From a virus (Duplodnaviria; Caudoviricetes), in IMG/VR virus record IMGVR_UViG_3300032330_001398: DNA of 64,000 nucleotides; one strand, 5' to 3'. Both the position numbers and the translations under genes were made by a program. Positions 38,401 through 48,736 of this stretch are shown here, piece by piece; the first letter of the stretch is position 1; the number at the start of each line of letters is the position of its first letter. The notes under the pieces were generated by a model that did no database searches, had not been told where the DNA came from, and was given only the letters and a program-made list of their open reading frames with translations.

Positions 38401-38817
38401 TCACTCTTCTCTTACTAAAGTTACACCAAATTCTCCCGGCTTTGCTGGGGGAATGGTATCCATAGCAACAAACTCAACAACGGCTGGGGAACTAACATTA
38501 CCAGCATCATCAACATCTACTAGCGTGAGAACCACATTAGCATTGTCTGGAAATGAAAATTCACCAAAAGATGTTACTTCACTTGTAAATGTTGAAATTG
38601 TTGTCTCACCATTTACTGTAACATTAAGTCTACGCTCTGAAACATCCTTGTCAACAACTGGACCAGCAGTAACATTATAAACTAGTGCCATATTAGTACC
38701 CTCTTCTTTACGAACAAGTGTGGATTTAAATGCTATTGGATGGATTGTTCGCATATCCATCTTTTGCAATTGTTTAATTAACTTATATATTGGCCTATCA
38801 CTACCCCAATAAAACAT
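38401..38817 (-). CDS. Small Ig/FN3-like beta protein
   Basis: VDDAGNVS..DTIPPAKP; second possible start MALVYN at 38691. Confidence 0.55.
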   Translation of the reverse strand: MFYWGSDRPIYKLIKQLQKMDMRTIHPIAFKSTLVRKEEGTNMALVYNVTAGPVVDKDVSERRLNVTVNGETTISTFTSEVTSFGEFSFPDNANVVLTLVDVDDAGNVSSPAVVEFVAMDTIPPAKPGEFGVTLVREE

Positions 38818-38865
38818 ATAAACTCCTATTTGAATTAGTATTGTGATATAAGAGATATCTGTATA

Positions 38866-40185
38866 TTATAGTTTAATTTCGTAACGTCTATCATACCTAA
38901 ATTCATCTTTAATTTTTCTCAATAAATTAAGGTCTGTTGTGGGCGGTAAAGCATACGGGTGTTCATTTACAAAAAATTCAATTTGTAATGATCTTTCTGT
39001 TAAATAAGTAGATATGTTCTCACCATCTGATGCTCTTTTACAATACTCTTTAAATATTTTTCCATCTATATTTAGATTTCCTTCAATAATTTGTTTATTT
39101 TTGATTATTTTAATTGCTTGATTGATTAATTCTACTAAAGGATTAACTTCTAAGTTATTATATTTGTATCTATCGTAATAAAGTGAAGTTACATAATATG
39201 TTCCAGCACAAATAGGCTGTTCCATATATGCTGGAATTAAATGATCGGCTTGTTTAGATTCTAATATTTTAAGATTACCTCTTACGCCATTTGTTTGAGT
39301 GTGTTCTATGTAACCAATATTGATATTGACTGCTCCCCTTTTTAAGAAAGGTGCATACAGCATTGCCGTACCGGGAGCAGTAATTTGAATATCTACATTT
39401 TGAAAATCTTCCATTTGTTTTTTAAAAGTTTCATTGCCAAAATGTTTATAATCATGATACCAGTCTACAAATTTTATATCGCATATATTATACAATTTAC
39501 TAATTACAATATCAATAATTTCTTTATCTTTACTATCGAATCTTTTATTGTTTATTATGATAACTTTTGGGCGATCTATGTTTAAAGGTTTATCTAATTC
39601 AATATTGTTTACTTCAAAAATTCTTTTCTTAAACTGATGTAAGCCATCCCATTTTTTGCCATAAATAAACATTTCTTTATTAACTACTCTATTGCCTGCT
39701 AAATCTGTTCCTGCAACTAATGTTTTAAAGTGATATATTTTATTTTTGTCTAGATTAGGATATTCTAAAAGATCTTGTTTTGTAAAATTTTTAAGAACAT
39801 AGTACATCATATTTTCTCTCCATGACCAATCTAGAGACAGAAAAGTAAATGGTTCATTAACATAGCCAAATTTTAGTAATGATAGATATATAGGATAAAG
39901 AACATCAAATAAACCATGCCCAACATTTCCATACCATGAATTATCGGATAATACAGAAAGAGTTATTTCTTCAATATTATTTAAAGATTGTACATAATCT
40001 TCTAGTTTTTTTTCAGAATCAAACTTTAATATTTCTGGTTTCCAATCATATGATATTGTAAATTTTTTAACAGATGGTAGAGTAATATCTTCTGTTGTTA
40101 GAAAATAAATTATACCATTTATAGAGTATAGATTTTTATATTCTATACTTGTATCGTTATCTGTTAATTTATAGCTAGAAATCAT
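38866..40185 (-). CDS. Glycosyltransferase, GT61-like
   Basis: NVGHGLFD, FKKQM..F..VDI.ITAPGTAM. Confidence 0.65.
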   Translation of the reverse strand: MISSYKLTDNDTSIEYKNLYSINGIIYFLTTEDITLPSVKKFTISYDWKPEILKFDSEKKLEDYVQSLNNIEEITLSVLSDNSWYGNVGHGLFDVLYPIYLSLLKFGYVNEPFTFLSLDWSWRENMMYYVLKNFTKQDLLEYPNLDKNKIYHFKTLVAGTDLAGNRVVNKEMFIYGKKWDGLHQFKKRIFEVNNIELDKPLNIDRPKVIIINNKRFDSKDKEIIDIVISKLYNICDIKFVDWYHDYKHFGNETFKKQMEDFQNVDIQITAPGTAMLYAPFLKRGAVNINIGYIEHTQTNGVRGNLKILESKQADHLIPAYMEQPICAGTYYVTSLYYDRYKYNNLEVNPLVELINQAIKIIKNKQIIEGNLNIDGKIFKEYCKRASDGENISTYLTERSLQIEFFVNEHPYALPPTTDLNLLRKIKDEFRYDRRYEIKL

Positions 40186-40946
40186 ATTAAAATTAATTTA
40201 CCATCTTGGAAATTGTATAAGTTGTTTTTATTGATTAACATTTCTTGTTTTAAAGAAGAAATATCTAATTCAACATCCCTTGTTTCACCTATCGCTCCTT
40301 TATCACTTACGTTAAACAGATATTCATCAAGAAGAACCGTTCGTGTGGGAGGGTTATAATGATAATACTGATTGATATAGCTTTCGTCATTAACCCCAGG
40401 TTCATAAGGAATTTTTTGATCTTCTAATTGATTTTCTCTAAGAACTTTACAAACTTCAATTATTTTATTTTTAGTTCCACCAAATAAACAACCATGATAG
40501 TACATTTGAAATAAAGTTGTATCAAGAGGAACATAAGCTTTTGATTGAGGATTTCTATCATATCCTTTTAAATCTTTCATCCAGCCATTGTTTCCAAAAT
40601 GTTCTAATCCAACTGTGTCACCAATAAACCAATCAGTATCAAAATCTTTAGATACGCTGGTATCAGCATCAAAGTAAATCAAATAATCACTATCAGAATT
40701 TTCTAAAGAAAGTATATTGGTGAATTTTGAATTAGTCCCGTCTAGCCAACTTGTATGTTTATTGTAATGATATTCCACATTTATATTATCTGGTAGGTAG
40801 GGGTGGGGATCTTCATCAGAAAAAAAGTAGAATTTGATTTCTGATTCACCCTTATAGTGGTGCATAAATTGTTTTATAAATCTTATACCTAACACAAAAT
40901 AAGCATTGGTTGCTAGTATCACTATTCCTATTTTAGTTTTATTCAT
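40182..40946 (-). CDS. Glycosyltransferase, GT6 (ABO/alpha-Gal family)
   Basis: IGIVILATNAY, YFDAD, YDRNPQSKAYV, YYHGCLFGG, NDESYIN. Confidence 0.85.
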   Translation of the reverse strand: MNKTKIGIVILATNAYFVLGIRFIKQFMHHYKGESEIKFYFFSDEDPHPYLPDNINVEYHYNKHTSWLDGTNSKFTNILSLENSDSDYLIYFDADTSVSKDFDTDWFIGDTVGLEHFGNNGWMKDLKGYDRNPQSKAYVPLDTTLFQMYYHGCLFGGTKNKIIEVCKVLRENQLEDQKIPYEPGVNDESYINQYYHYNPPTRTVLLDEYLFNVSDKGAIGETRDVELDISSLKQEMLINKNNLYNFQDGKLILI

Positions 40947-40979
40947 TTTGTTTCCTTTGAGTATTTTGATTATTATATT

Positions 40980-41507
40980 TTACTCATTTTTATTCCTAAA
41001 AACAATAGAATATCTAGTATCCTCAACTGGTTCTATTGAATGATGCCAGTACCATCTTATAGCATCTTTCATTTGAATCAACATTTTTGGTAATAAAATT
41101 ATATCAAAAGTTTTTTTACCGCTTGTAAAAATCATTTTACATGGGGATTTTAAACTTAAAATTGTAACTATTGGACCGCTTGCAACTCTATCTATATGCG
41201 GACCTATAAAATCACCTTTGAGATATTCATTGATATTGATTGTATCTGGTTTATATTTCAATACATTACTATCCACTAGCTTATTAGATATTTGGTCTAT
41301 ATATGGTGGAAAATCTAATTTTATGTAATTATTTTCACACATTTTATCATCACCATATCTCTTAACTTTATTTCTATTCATATATCCAGTAGAAGTAAAG
41401 TCTTCTAATTCATTCTCTATCTCTTTTAGTAACGAGTTATGTTCGTTTTCGGAGATAAAATTATCGTATATTTTCAGTCCAAGTTGCGTATAATCGATAT
41501 TTGTCAT
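40980..41507 (-). CDS. AlkB-like 2OG-Fe(II) dioxygenase
   Basis: INEY..G..IGPHID, LSL, WHHSI, RYSIVFR. Confidence 0.88.
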   Translation of the reverse strand: MTNIDYTQLGLKIYDNFISENEHNSLLKEIENELEDFTSTGYMNRNKVKRYGDDKMCENNYIKLDFPPYIDQISNKLVDSNVLKYKPDTININEYLKGDFIGPHIDRVASGPIVTILSLKSPCKMIFTSGKKTFDIILLPKMLIQMKDAIRWYWHHSIEPVEDTRYSIVFRNKNE

Positions 41508-41578
41508 AATTATCCTATTTTAGTGTATACTTGTGTGACGATATATATATATTTACAATACAATGATGGAGATAAACT

Positions 41579-41926
41579 ATGGCTTATTATTCTGACCCAA
41601 CATATCTTTTCCCCGGTTATACGTCGGATGAAGGCAATTATGCTGTATTTCCAAGAGATTTACTTCCAACTTGCTCTGGTAATTCCGCTAATTTAAATGA
41701 TATTAAAGAAATTCTTTTTTCTCTATTAACCGTTGTGGACAATGACTATGTAACATTACCAGCTTATTCTAGCGGCGTATATGTTCAAACAAAAGCTAAA
41801 AATTTTAATATTTCTTCAACAACCACTACTGGTGAAAACACAGCAAGAAAAGTATTTACTGTCTCATTTACTGCAAATGCTCAGATTTTGGATGTTGCTG
41901 ATGAAAATGAATATAATCCTGACTGA
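41579..41926 (+). CDS. Hypothetical protein, the only convincing plus-strand gene
   Basis: GGAG RBS, fills an intergenic gap, ends at a bidirectional terminator. Confidence 0.7.
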   Translation: MAYYSDPTYLFPGYTSDEGNYAVFPRDLLPTCSGNSANLNDIKEILFSLLTVVDNDYVTLPAYSSGVYVQTKAKNFNISSTTTTGENTARKVFTVSFTANAQILDVADENEYNPD

Positions 41927-41957
41927 TAAATTTTGTTATTCCATATAAAAGTATATA

Positions 41958-41984
41958 TAAAACCCCCAAGAAATTGGGGGTTTT
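41958..41984. terminator. Bidirectional intrinsic terminator
   Basis: AAAACCCCCAA-GAAA-TTGGGGGTTTT-type hairpin between convergent genes. Confidence 0.85.
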
Positions 41985-41994
41985 ATCGTTTATA

Positions 41995-42327
41995 TTACTT
42001 ATATCTCACACAAGCGTACCAACCATTTCGACCACGGGCAACTCCAATTTCGATTGGTGTTCTTTGTCCCCAATAACAGCAATTTTTCACTGCTGAGTCG
42101 GCACTGCTACTACTAAATCCTACCCCTTCATATCCGCTATTACCACCGCAATGGCCCATGCTGCATCGATTAGCCTGTATTTCAGCAACACCCTGTGCTG
42201 ATGAATTACTATTACTAGTGTAGCTATATGTTTTAGGCTTGCTAGAGTAATATCTAACATTGCCTTCACCATAAGCTGTAACTGCTGACATGATCATTAA
42301 TGATGTGAATACCATAAACTTTTTCAT
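41995..42327 (-). CDS. Secreted minimal CAP/SCP-like Cys-rich protein
   Basis: Signal peptide after AAGGAGG RBS; MGH..YEGVG..NCCYWG..IGVARG..GWYAC. Confidence 0.6.
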   Translation of the reverse strand: MKKFMVFTSLMIMSAVTAYGEGNVRYYSSKPKTYSYTSNSNSSAQGVAEIQANRCSMGHCGGNSGYEGVGFSSSSADSAVKNCCYWGQRTPIEIGVARGRNGWYACVRYK

Positions 42328-42424
42328 CTTATCCTCCTTGATATTAATCTTGATAGTTAAGAAAAGACCCCCGAAAGTGTGCATTGTTAAGAGGCATCGG
42401 GGGATTTATCTTTTCCTTTAAATA

Positions 42425-42640
42425 TTAACGAACAACGCTGCGAACCCGTGCTACCGTGCGACGGCCCACATTACGTGTTGCTTCAACAGTTCGCCTTGTG
42501 ACCTCTACTGGAACAGCAATAACCTCGCGGGCAACGGTTACTGTGCGATTACGTAGATTACACTTACCACTAACGCATTCGCCAGCAGAAGCAAAGCCAC
42601 TAGACATAATTACTAGAACACATGCAATTAGAATCTTCAT
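42425..42640 (-). CDS. Small secreted Arg/Val-rich peptide
   Basis: Signal peptide, CVSGKC, cationic tail; AGGAG RBS. Confidence 0.65.
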   Translation of the reverse strand: MKILIACVLVIMSSGFASAGECVSGKCNLRNRTVTVAREVIAVPVEVTRRTVEATRNVGRRTVARVRSVVR

Positions 42641-42697
42641 AATATTCTCCTAAGTTAAAACTATGCCACATCCATGTGGCTCAAAACATAATACCAG

Positions 42698-43047
42698 TGG
42701 ACTAGAGGGGAGTCGAACCCCTGTCCAGAATAAATATCAATATAAACTTCTACATTATTATTCAGTTGTTATCACACTACTGACAAAGCTATCAGAATTA
42801 TCTGAATCAGATTGAGTACAATCATTATTCCTATTTATGTCTGGTAGGACTACCATATCCGATTATCGGAGTCAGCATGATTTGGTAATAAGGCTCATGC
42901 CGCCCCACTCATTACCTAATTAATTAGGCAGCGAGAGCGAGAGTTACTTCGCCAATTAACATTTTTAATCGGCTTTTATACTGGCCAACCGATCAACCAG
43001 TTAATGCAGTTTATATCTATTTTACCTGTCGATACCTTTACTAGCCC
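42698..43047 (-). ncRNA. ssrA: tmRNA
   Basis: 5' GGGCTAG-TAAAGGTATCGAC; 3' GACAGGGGTTCGACTCCCCT-CTAGTCC-A; G3:U Ala identity pair; tag ORF GEVTLALAA* at 42953-42924. Confidence 0.93.
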
Positions 43048-43388
43048 TATCTAAGAAAGTTGTTTAATCCTTTCGCTCTTCCGTCATATCCAATTTTTCT
43101 TTTGGTTTCTTTTCCACCATTGTATACAACAAACGTTGGAACTGTTTTGATATTATACCCACTTACCAAGTCTTTGTCAACGTCATAATCAGCTTCGATG
43201 ATATCATAATTTTTCAAAGTTTCTACAAGATTCTCATCAACTTCCATGTCATTTTTAGCAACTTGGCACGATTGGCACCATGATGCTGAAAATATTATTA
43301 ATACTTTCTTATTTTCTTTTGCTTGAACACTTGCTATAAACATTAAACATGATAGTAATAACACGGTTGTTAAACTTGATTTACTCAT
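43047..43388 (-). CDS. Thioredoxin-fold protein with signal peptide
   Basis: FSASWCQSC, VPTF. Confidence 0.85.
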   Translation of the reverse strand: MSKSSLTTVLLLSCLMFIASVQAKENKKVLIIFSASWCQSCQVAKNDMEVDENLVETLKNYDIIEADYDVDKDLVSGYNIKTVPTFVVYNGGKETKRKIGYDGRAKGLNNFLR

Positions 43389-43433
43389 AGAGACTCCTAT
43401 GTTAAGGAATATTCGTCCCTAAATATAATACAC

Positions 43434-43676
43434 TTATTTATTGATCTGACTTAAAGCCCTCCCAATAGCAATTCTAATTCCAAGTTTCTTATTAAAACCG
43501 TCTAAACTAGAACATCTTGCATGGGATTCTGTAGTATTTCCATGCTGATCAGTGATAATAACTATTGTTTTACCACCTTTTGTCATTATTGTTCCATCTT
43601 TATGTTTATTCCTCTGATGGATAACTTTAACTTTATATCCCATGTGCCTAAGATCGTCAACGCTTGGTATATGCAT
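43434..43676 (-). CDS. Hypothetical phage protein
   Basis: ARCS..D.FNKKLG.RIA.GRA motif. Confidence 0.6.
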   Translation of the reverse strand: MHIPSVDDLRHMGYKVKVIHQRNKHKDGTIMTKGGKTIVIITDQHGNTTESHARCSSLDGFNKKLGIRIAIGRALSQINK

Positions 43677-43840
43677 TTAATTTCCTTTCGATTACTTATT
43701 AAGATATTTGGCTATTCTGTATAGAATTAAGATTCCACAAATCAATCCAACTGTACATATTATTATTCTAGTTGTATCATCATGCACAAATGTTGGACAT
43801 ATTGGGCGACGAACAACGCTGAACAATTGTATTAACATAA

Positions 43841-43912
43841 TAGCCCCAGCAGGAATCGAACCTGCAATTAGAGATTAGAAGTCACTTGTTATATCCATTT
43901 AACTATGGGGCC
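43841..43912 (-). tRNA. tRNA-Arg(UCU), G1:U72, no encoded CCA
   Basis: GGCCCCA...AGTGA-CTTCTAA-TCTCT...GCAGG-TTCGATT-CCTGC-TGGGGCT-A. Confidence 0.88.
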
Positions 43913-43917
43913 GCTCG

Positions 43918-44124
43918 TCAAACAAATCCTATCTTTGTTCTCTCGCCAAGCGTAACTTCAATCTCGCTTGCATGGAACCACCTAGTGTCATATGAGCGAC
44001 CATTCCACCAGCCACATTCGTATGTAACGTTGTTATCGGCATGAATAGCAATAGCGACTATGGTGCCATCAATATCTTCTGCCAACTTAACTTTGCTGCC
44101 AACGTTATAAACTTCAAGTTTCAT
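43918..44124 (-). CDS. Small SH3-like (DUF2158-like) protein
   Basis: VGSKVKL..YECGWW..WF...E. Confidence 0.5.
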   Translation of the reverse strand: MKLEVYNVGSKVKLAEDIDGTIVAIAIHADNNVTYECGWWNGRSYDTRWFHASEIEVTLGERTKIGFV

Positions 44125-46639
44125 TATTATATCCTTTTCTGTATGCGTAAAGTGGGACTACTTCCTGAGTATTGATGTATGGGTTTAAACACAGTCGAGG
44201 GTCATACAAGTCTCCCTGTTTGTTTATTCTAGCCCATGCTACGGGTTTGTCAAGTTGCCTATGAAGATTATCGACCTCATCTCGCAGTTTCTTTAATTCG
44301 TCTTTGGCGTTGTTAACAAGAAATTTATTTGCTCCAGAAGATAGAGCGAATTCAAGTATAGCATCAATTGGCGTTGCATTTTCATTCATAATTTACTCCT
44401 GCACTTTAGTTCCCATATCATAAGGGTATCCATGTTCTGGATCATCACTATATACTCCCTCGTACTCATTGTCAAACCAAGGAATTTTACTATCTGGTAA
44501 TTCTTCGCTCATGATTATTGCCTTATGAGAGTATCTGTATTAAAGTGCATTCTTAATTCAATAGGATAGTGTTGTATTTCAAATTTTTCATCATAAACAT
44601 TTTGACAAGCCATTAGAGCATCAGAATAGTTATGATATAATCGTGCTAAATTAGGATCAGTAGTGTATTGAAATGCACCACCTGAGATAAACTGCTGTTT
44701 TTGTTTATTCCATATTAGCCATTTTTGTATCAAATTATTCATTGAAATCCTAACTCTTGATCAAGTTCCGATAATTTTTTAAGCACTTCTAACCTCAGTT
44801 CAACCATAGTGGGGCATTCTTTTGGAATAATAAAAGCCTCAAACCTTTCGCCCATACCACTCTCTGGTTGATTCTTTAACGCTTTAGCTAAAGATGAATT
44901 ATTAAAACCAATCGGAATACCATTAGAGTATTCAGCGTAAAGATTGTCAATATATTTTCCACTAACTAATCCACAACTACAACTCTTAGAATGAAGTTTT
45001 AGGTTAAATATATCGCCACAAGTTTTACAAAGCAATAGTTTCATAGATCATCCATTGTGGGGCATTGACGTTCTGGTGGCAGACTCAAACCATTACAGAA
45101 ACATTGAACTCTGTCTATTTTTTTCTGTATTTTTTTTGGTTCTGGCGATGCTTGTACCGATGTATAAGCAACAAAAACTGTTAAACATAACACAAAAATT
45201 ATTAGCATTTTTTCAAATTTTGTAATCATCACTGATCGCTCCCACAAAAATATTCTTTACCATCGAATGGATCAGTCTTACCAAGACCCCACTCATCATT
45301 AAACTGTGCCTCAAAATAAGTAAATCTCTTTTTCTTTAAGAAGAGTATTGTCTGATAGAAGCAATCTTCGCACAGGTCAATCTCAAATTTCTTTCCATCG
45401 CTCCCACTATTATAGCCCCAAACAGCTTCCAATGTAGCATTTTCATGCTCGTTATAGAAATCGTCTGTACACTGTTTGCCACAGCAATCGCAGAATGTTT
45501 TATCGTGAGTTTTAACAGTCTTGTTTTTATAGGTTTTCATTAGTTATCCTGCAAGTATTCGTCAATAAACCTTAACATTTCTTCAAGTTTCTTTTTATTA
45601 ACAGTGAACCAAAACGTTTGATCATCGCTTATATCACTTAGCTCAAATAGGTAGCGATCTTTTTTAATTACTTCTAGTTTTAGTTGTAACAACTGATCTT
45701 TACTAATATTGAATGTTTGTTGGTTAGAGGTTTTCATTTGTGTTCCTTATCATATTCTTCTTGAGTCATATAAGACCCATCTTTTTTTCTTGTGGTAAAT
45801 TGGCCCATTCCCATACATTTCTCACAAGCCGCCATATCTATTTTCGGCCCAGCAGCACCATATTCTTTAAGCAAAGTTTGATACTTTGATTCAACAGTCT
45901 CACAGTATTCATAACCGTCGCCGTGAGGTAGTTTAACACACTTTTCACACTTGTCAACCATAAGATGATGATTTATGAATAATGCCAAATTAGCATCCAT
46001 CATAAGTTTATTAACGTCTGTTGGATATTCTCCAGAGCCTTTACATTGATTACAAGTTATCAGTGGTGGTTCTGATAATTTTTGTATATTCTTTTTATGA
46101 ATAGGGTTAAGGATAAACATTGAAAAGACTGTGAGAACTATCACTACTCCAAAAAGTATTAGAGTCACAGTCATATCTTGTGCTTTTTGATTGTCTAGAA
46201 ATTTAGTCATTATTTATCCTTTGTTCTTTTTAGTAGATTACGGAGCGTTGCCAACTCGTCATCGCACTCTGTGGCGTGGAGTTTCATCATTTCCACGCAC
46301 CATTCAATTGCCTCAATTTCCTCGTCTGTTAGAATTATTGGTTTAGTCATTAAAATAACTCCCCATATCCATTCCACCAATCATAAATTCGTATACAAGC
46401 CATATATCCTAGTATGCCAAACAATACAAGTCCAGCCATTATTTCTTCTCCAAATAGCGATATATAAAATCGGCCAATCCCTTTAATTCTTCTCTAGACA
46501 ATGGTGGTTCTTCATAAAATCCATTTCTAGGATGAAAAGCTAATACATAGTTTTTACTTCTTTGATTAATAGGATTAATCCTTTTCTCAATAAAAAAATT
46601 AAGATAATCACAAATATAAGGGGGATCGGTATATTTCAT
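44114..46639 (-). other. Run of small hypothetical genes (44114-44389, 44515-44742, 44739-45044, 45041-45247, 45229-45540, 45540-45737, 45734-46210, 46439-46639)
   Basis: Tightly coupled minus-strand ORFs, several with CxxC pairs; 45734-46210 has a TM plus DnaJ-like CxxCxGxG motifs. Confidence 0.6.
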
Positions 46640-46671
46640 TATTTATACTCTTCAAAGATTTCTATGTATAA

Positions 46672-46756
46672 TCTCACGGGCGGGATTCGAACCCGCAGTG
46701 TTTCTTATGTGGGGGATTTTAAGTCCCCTGCGTTTCGCCAATTTCGCCACCGTGAG
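46672..46756 (-). tRNA. tRNA-Leu(UAA), C1:G72, no encoded CCA
   Basis: CTCACGG...GGGGA-CTTAAAA-TCCCC...GCGGG-TTCGAAT-CCCGC-CCGTGAG-A. Confidence 0.92.
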
Positions 46757-46767
46757 GTGTTCAACCA

Positions 46768-46796
46768 ATTATACTCTATCTATCGTCAAGCGTCAA
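46768..46796 (-). promoter_or_regulatory. Sigma70-like promoter for tRNA-Leu
   Basis: TTGACG-N17 (contains CGATA)-TATAAT. Confidence 0.72.
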
Positions 46797-46929
46797 GCGT
46801 TTTCTTTAGAAAAACAAGAGTAGCAAATCAATTATTTTCCATAACCCAAGAGGAAGTAATATGAGCCAACTGTAAAAAATCCCCAACATAATATTTACTG
46901 CAAGATTACCGCGATCTTCTTTTAAACTT

Positions 46930-47613
46930 CTAAATAACATCCACATAATTTATCTTTACGCTTCCATTCTTAATAGTTATATATGAGCATGGGTGATCTG
47001 TCCAACATCCACTATTATAATAGCTATTTGAACCAGAAACATCGTTGGTCGCTAAATGAGTGTGACCACAAATTACAATATCGCATTTTTTAAGAAAACA
47101 ATATGTTTTGGCTCTGTCACATACCTGTTGAGAACATCTTAGGAATGTTTTGCTGCTACGTTTAGCTAGACTTGAGTAATAAAATCCAGCATACACCTGT
47201 ATATAACGATAAAGATAGTCAGCAAGTTTTGTTAGTCTGGGATATTTCGAAATCACATTATCAAATATATCACCATGTAAAGTTAATATTTTCTTATTCC
47301 CGCTCATAAAACTATATTCATCCATGAAATCAACACCAATCAAATGACTAACCATATCTGCTGGCCCGTCATGATTACCGCTAATCCATATAGTTTTAAT
47401 ATTATCTGATAACTTTCGGATGTGAGATAAAATTTTCCAATGATCTTTCTTAAGCTTACGAAAGTCCCAGCTATCAAATAAATCACCATTTATAATTAGT
47501 TTGTGGGCATCTAGTTCCCCACTCTCTATTTTCTCTAGAAAAGATATTAGTGTTTTAGCTTGACAAACATTACTACCTAAATGTATATCACTAATTATGA
47601 TAGCGTCATTCAT
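46930..47613 (-). CDS. Metallophosphoesterase, UDP-2,3-diacylglucosamine diphosphatase-like
   Basis: SDIHLG, GDLFD, GNHD, HGD.FD, CGHTH, NSGCW. Confidence 0.85.
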   Translation of the reverse strand: MNDAIIISDIHLGSNVCQAKTLISFLEKIESGELDAHKLIINGDLFDSWDFRKLKKDHWKILSHIRKLSDNIKTIWISGNHDGPADMVSHLIGVDFMDEYSFMSGNKKILTLHGDIFDNVISKYPRLTKLADYLYRYIQVYAGFYYSSLAKRSSKTFLRCSQQVCDRAKTYCFLKKCDIVICGHTHLATNDVSGSNSYYNSGCWTDHPCSYITIKNGSVKINYVDVI

Positions 47614-48671
47614 TTTAATTCTTCGCCAGTTATAACATCAAGCACTGGTAGTTTGCAAGCCTCAAGCATATTTTTCAATGTTGTTTTAAGATCTTTCAAA
47701 GACTCTTCTACTATTTCAACCGGAGTGTCTGTCCAGCTAATAACTTTATCTCCACGATAATATACTTCGTGAATACCATAGGTAATAGCATCATCCATAT
47801 GAACTCTTGAAGTAACAGTCATCATTACTCTATGATCCCAATAACTTTCTGATTTACTCATAGTATATATCCTTGTCTCTCTGCTTCCTTGTCAGATAGG
47901 GTTTTAATCCAAGCTGGAATAATCTGTCCAGTTACTTCATCTTTCTTTTGTTTTCTTGGTTTACCCTTTTCTCCAGTGTATTCACAAATACTATAGCTCA
48001 TACTTTCTGCCATAGCTATTGCTCCACGAATAAATTCATCAGCACCATAAGCATAAGCTCTTAATCCTCCAAATTTTTCTTTAATTTGACTCCAATAAAA
48101 AAATTCTAATGGATTATTTATTCTAGCCTTATGATCCAATTCATTTTTAATTAGGTGGCACAGTCTATCCAGCAGATCATACCATCCATCATCGATCTCT
48201 ATCCACTTTATATTCTTAAACTGTTCTGGATATTTTTCAATCAGTTTGTTCTGCAAGTCTATGTTCATTTCGTTCCTCAATTATTGCTTCAAATTTTTTG
48301 GTATGGTAATTATATTCCCAAGGTTTCCATCTTACTTTCGTACTAACAACAGTTTTAATTTCTTTACCAGTTTTTACGTCAGTATATTTTGCTATAGCCC
48401 AATAGTATTCTTCACCCTTAACAACGTCCTCAAGGATTTGAAAATCATGTGGATAGCCCAATTCTGAATGTATTCTATTCTTACCCATCCATTTGACATA
48501 ACTCTCTATATTTTCATCATATTCTATAGGGAAGAAGATATTATTAATAGATCTTTCTATAACAACAGCTTTTTGACCAACATATTCCGAGTTACAAATA
48601 AATCCTACGCAAATACCAGTAAATAGAATAAACCAAGGATAAAGGATAGAACGTATAATAACCTTAATCAT
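47610..48671 (-). other. Three hypothetical genes (47610-47861, 47858-48280, 48237-48671)
   Basis: Coupled ORFs; one carries QIKEKFGGLR, one an N-terminal TM. Confidence 0.6.
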
Positions 48672-48736
48672 TTAAATTCTCCAGTGAGGAAGGAGGGCGG
48701 GAATGATTTACGTATTATTATACACTATCTGTATTA

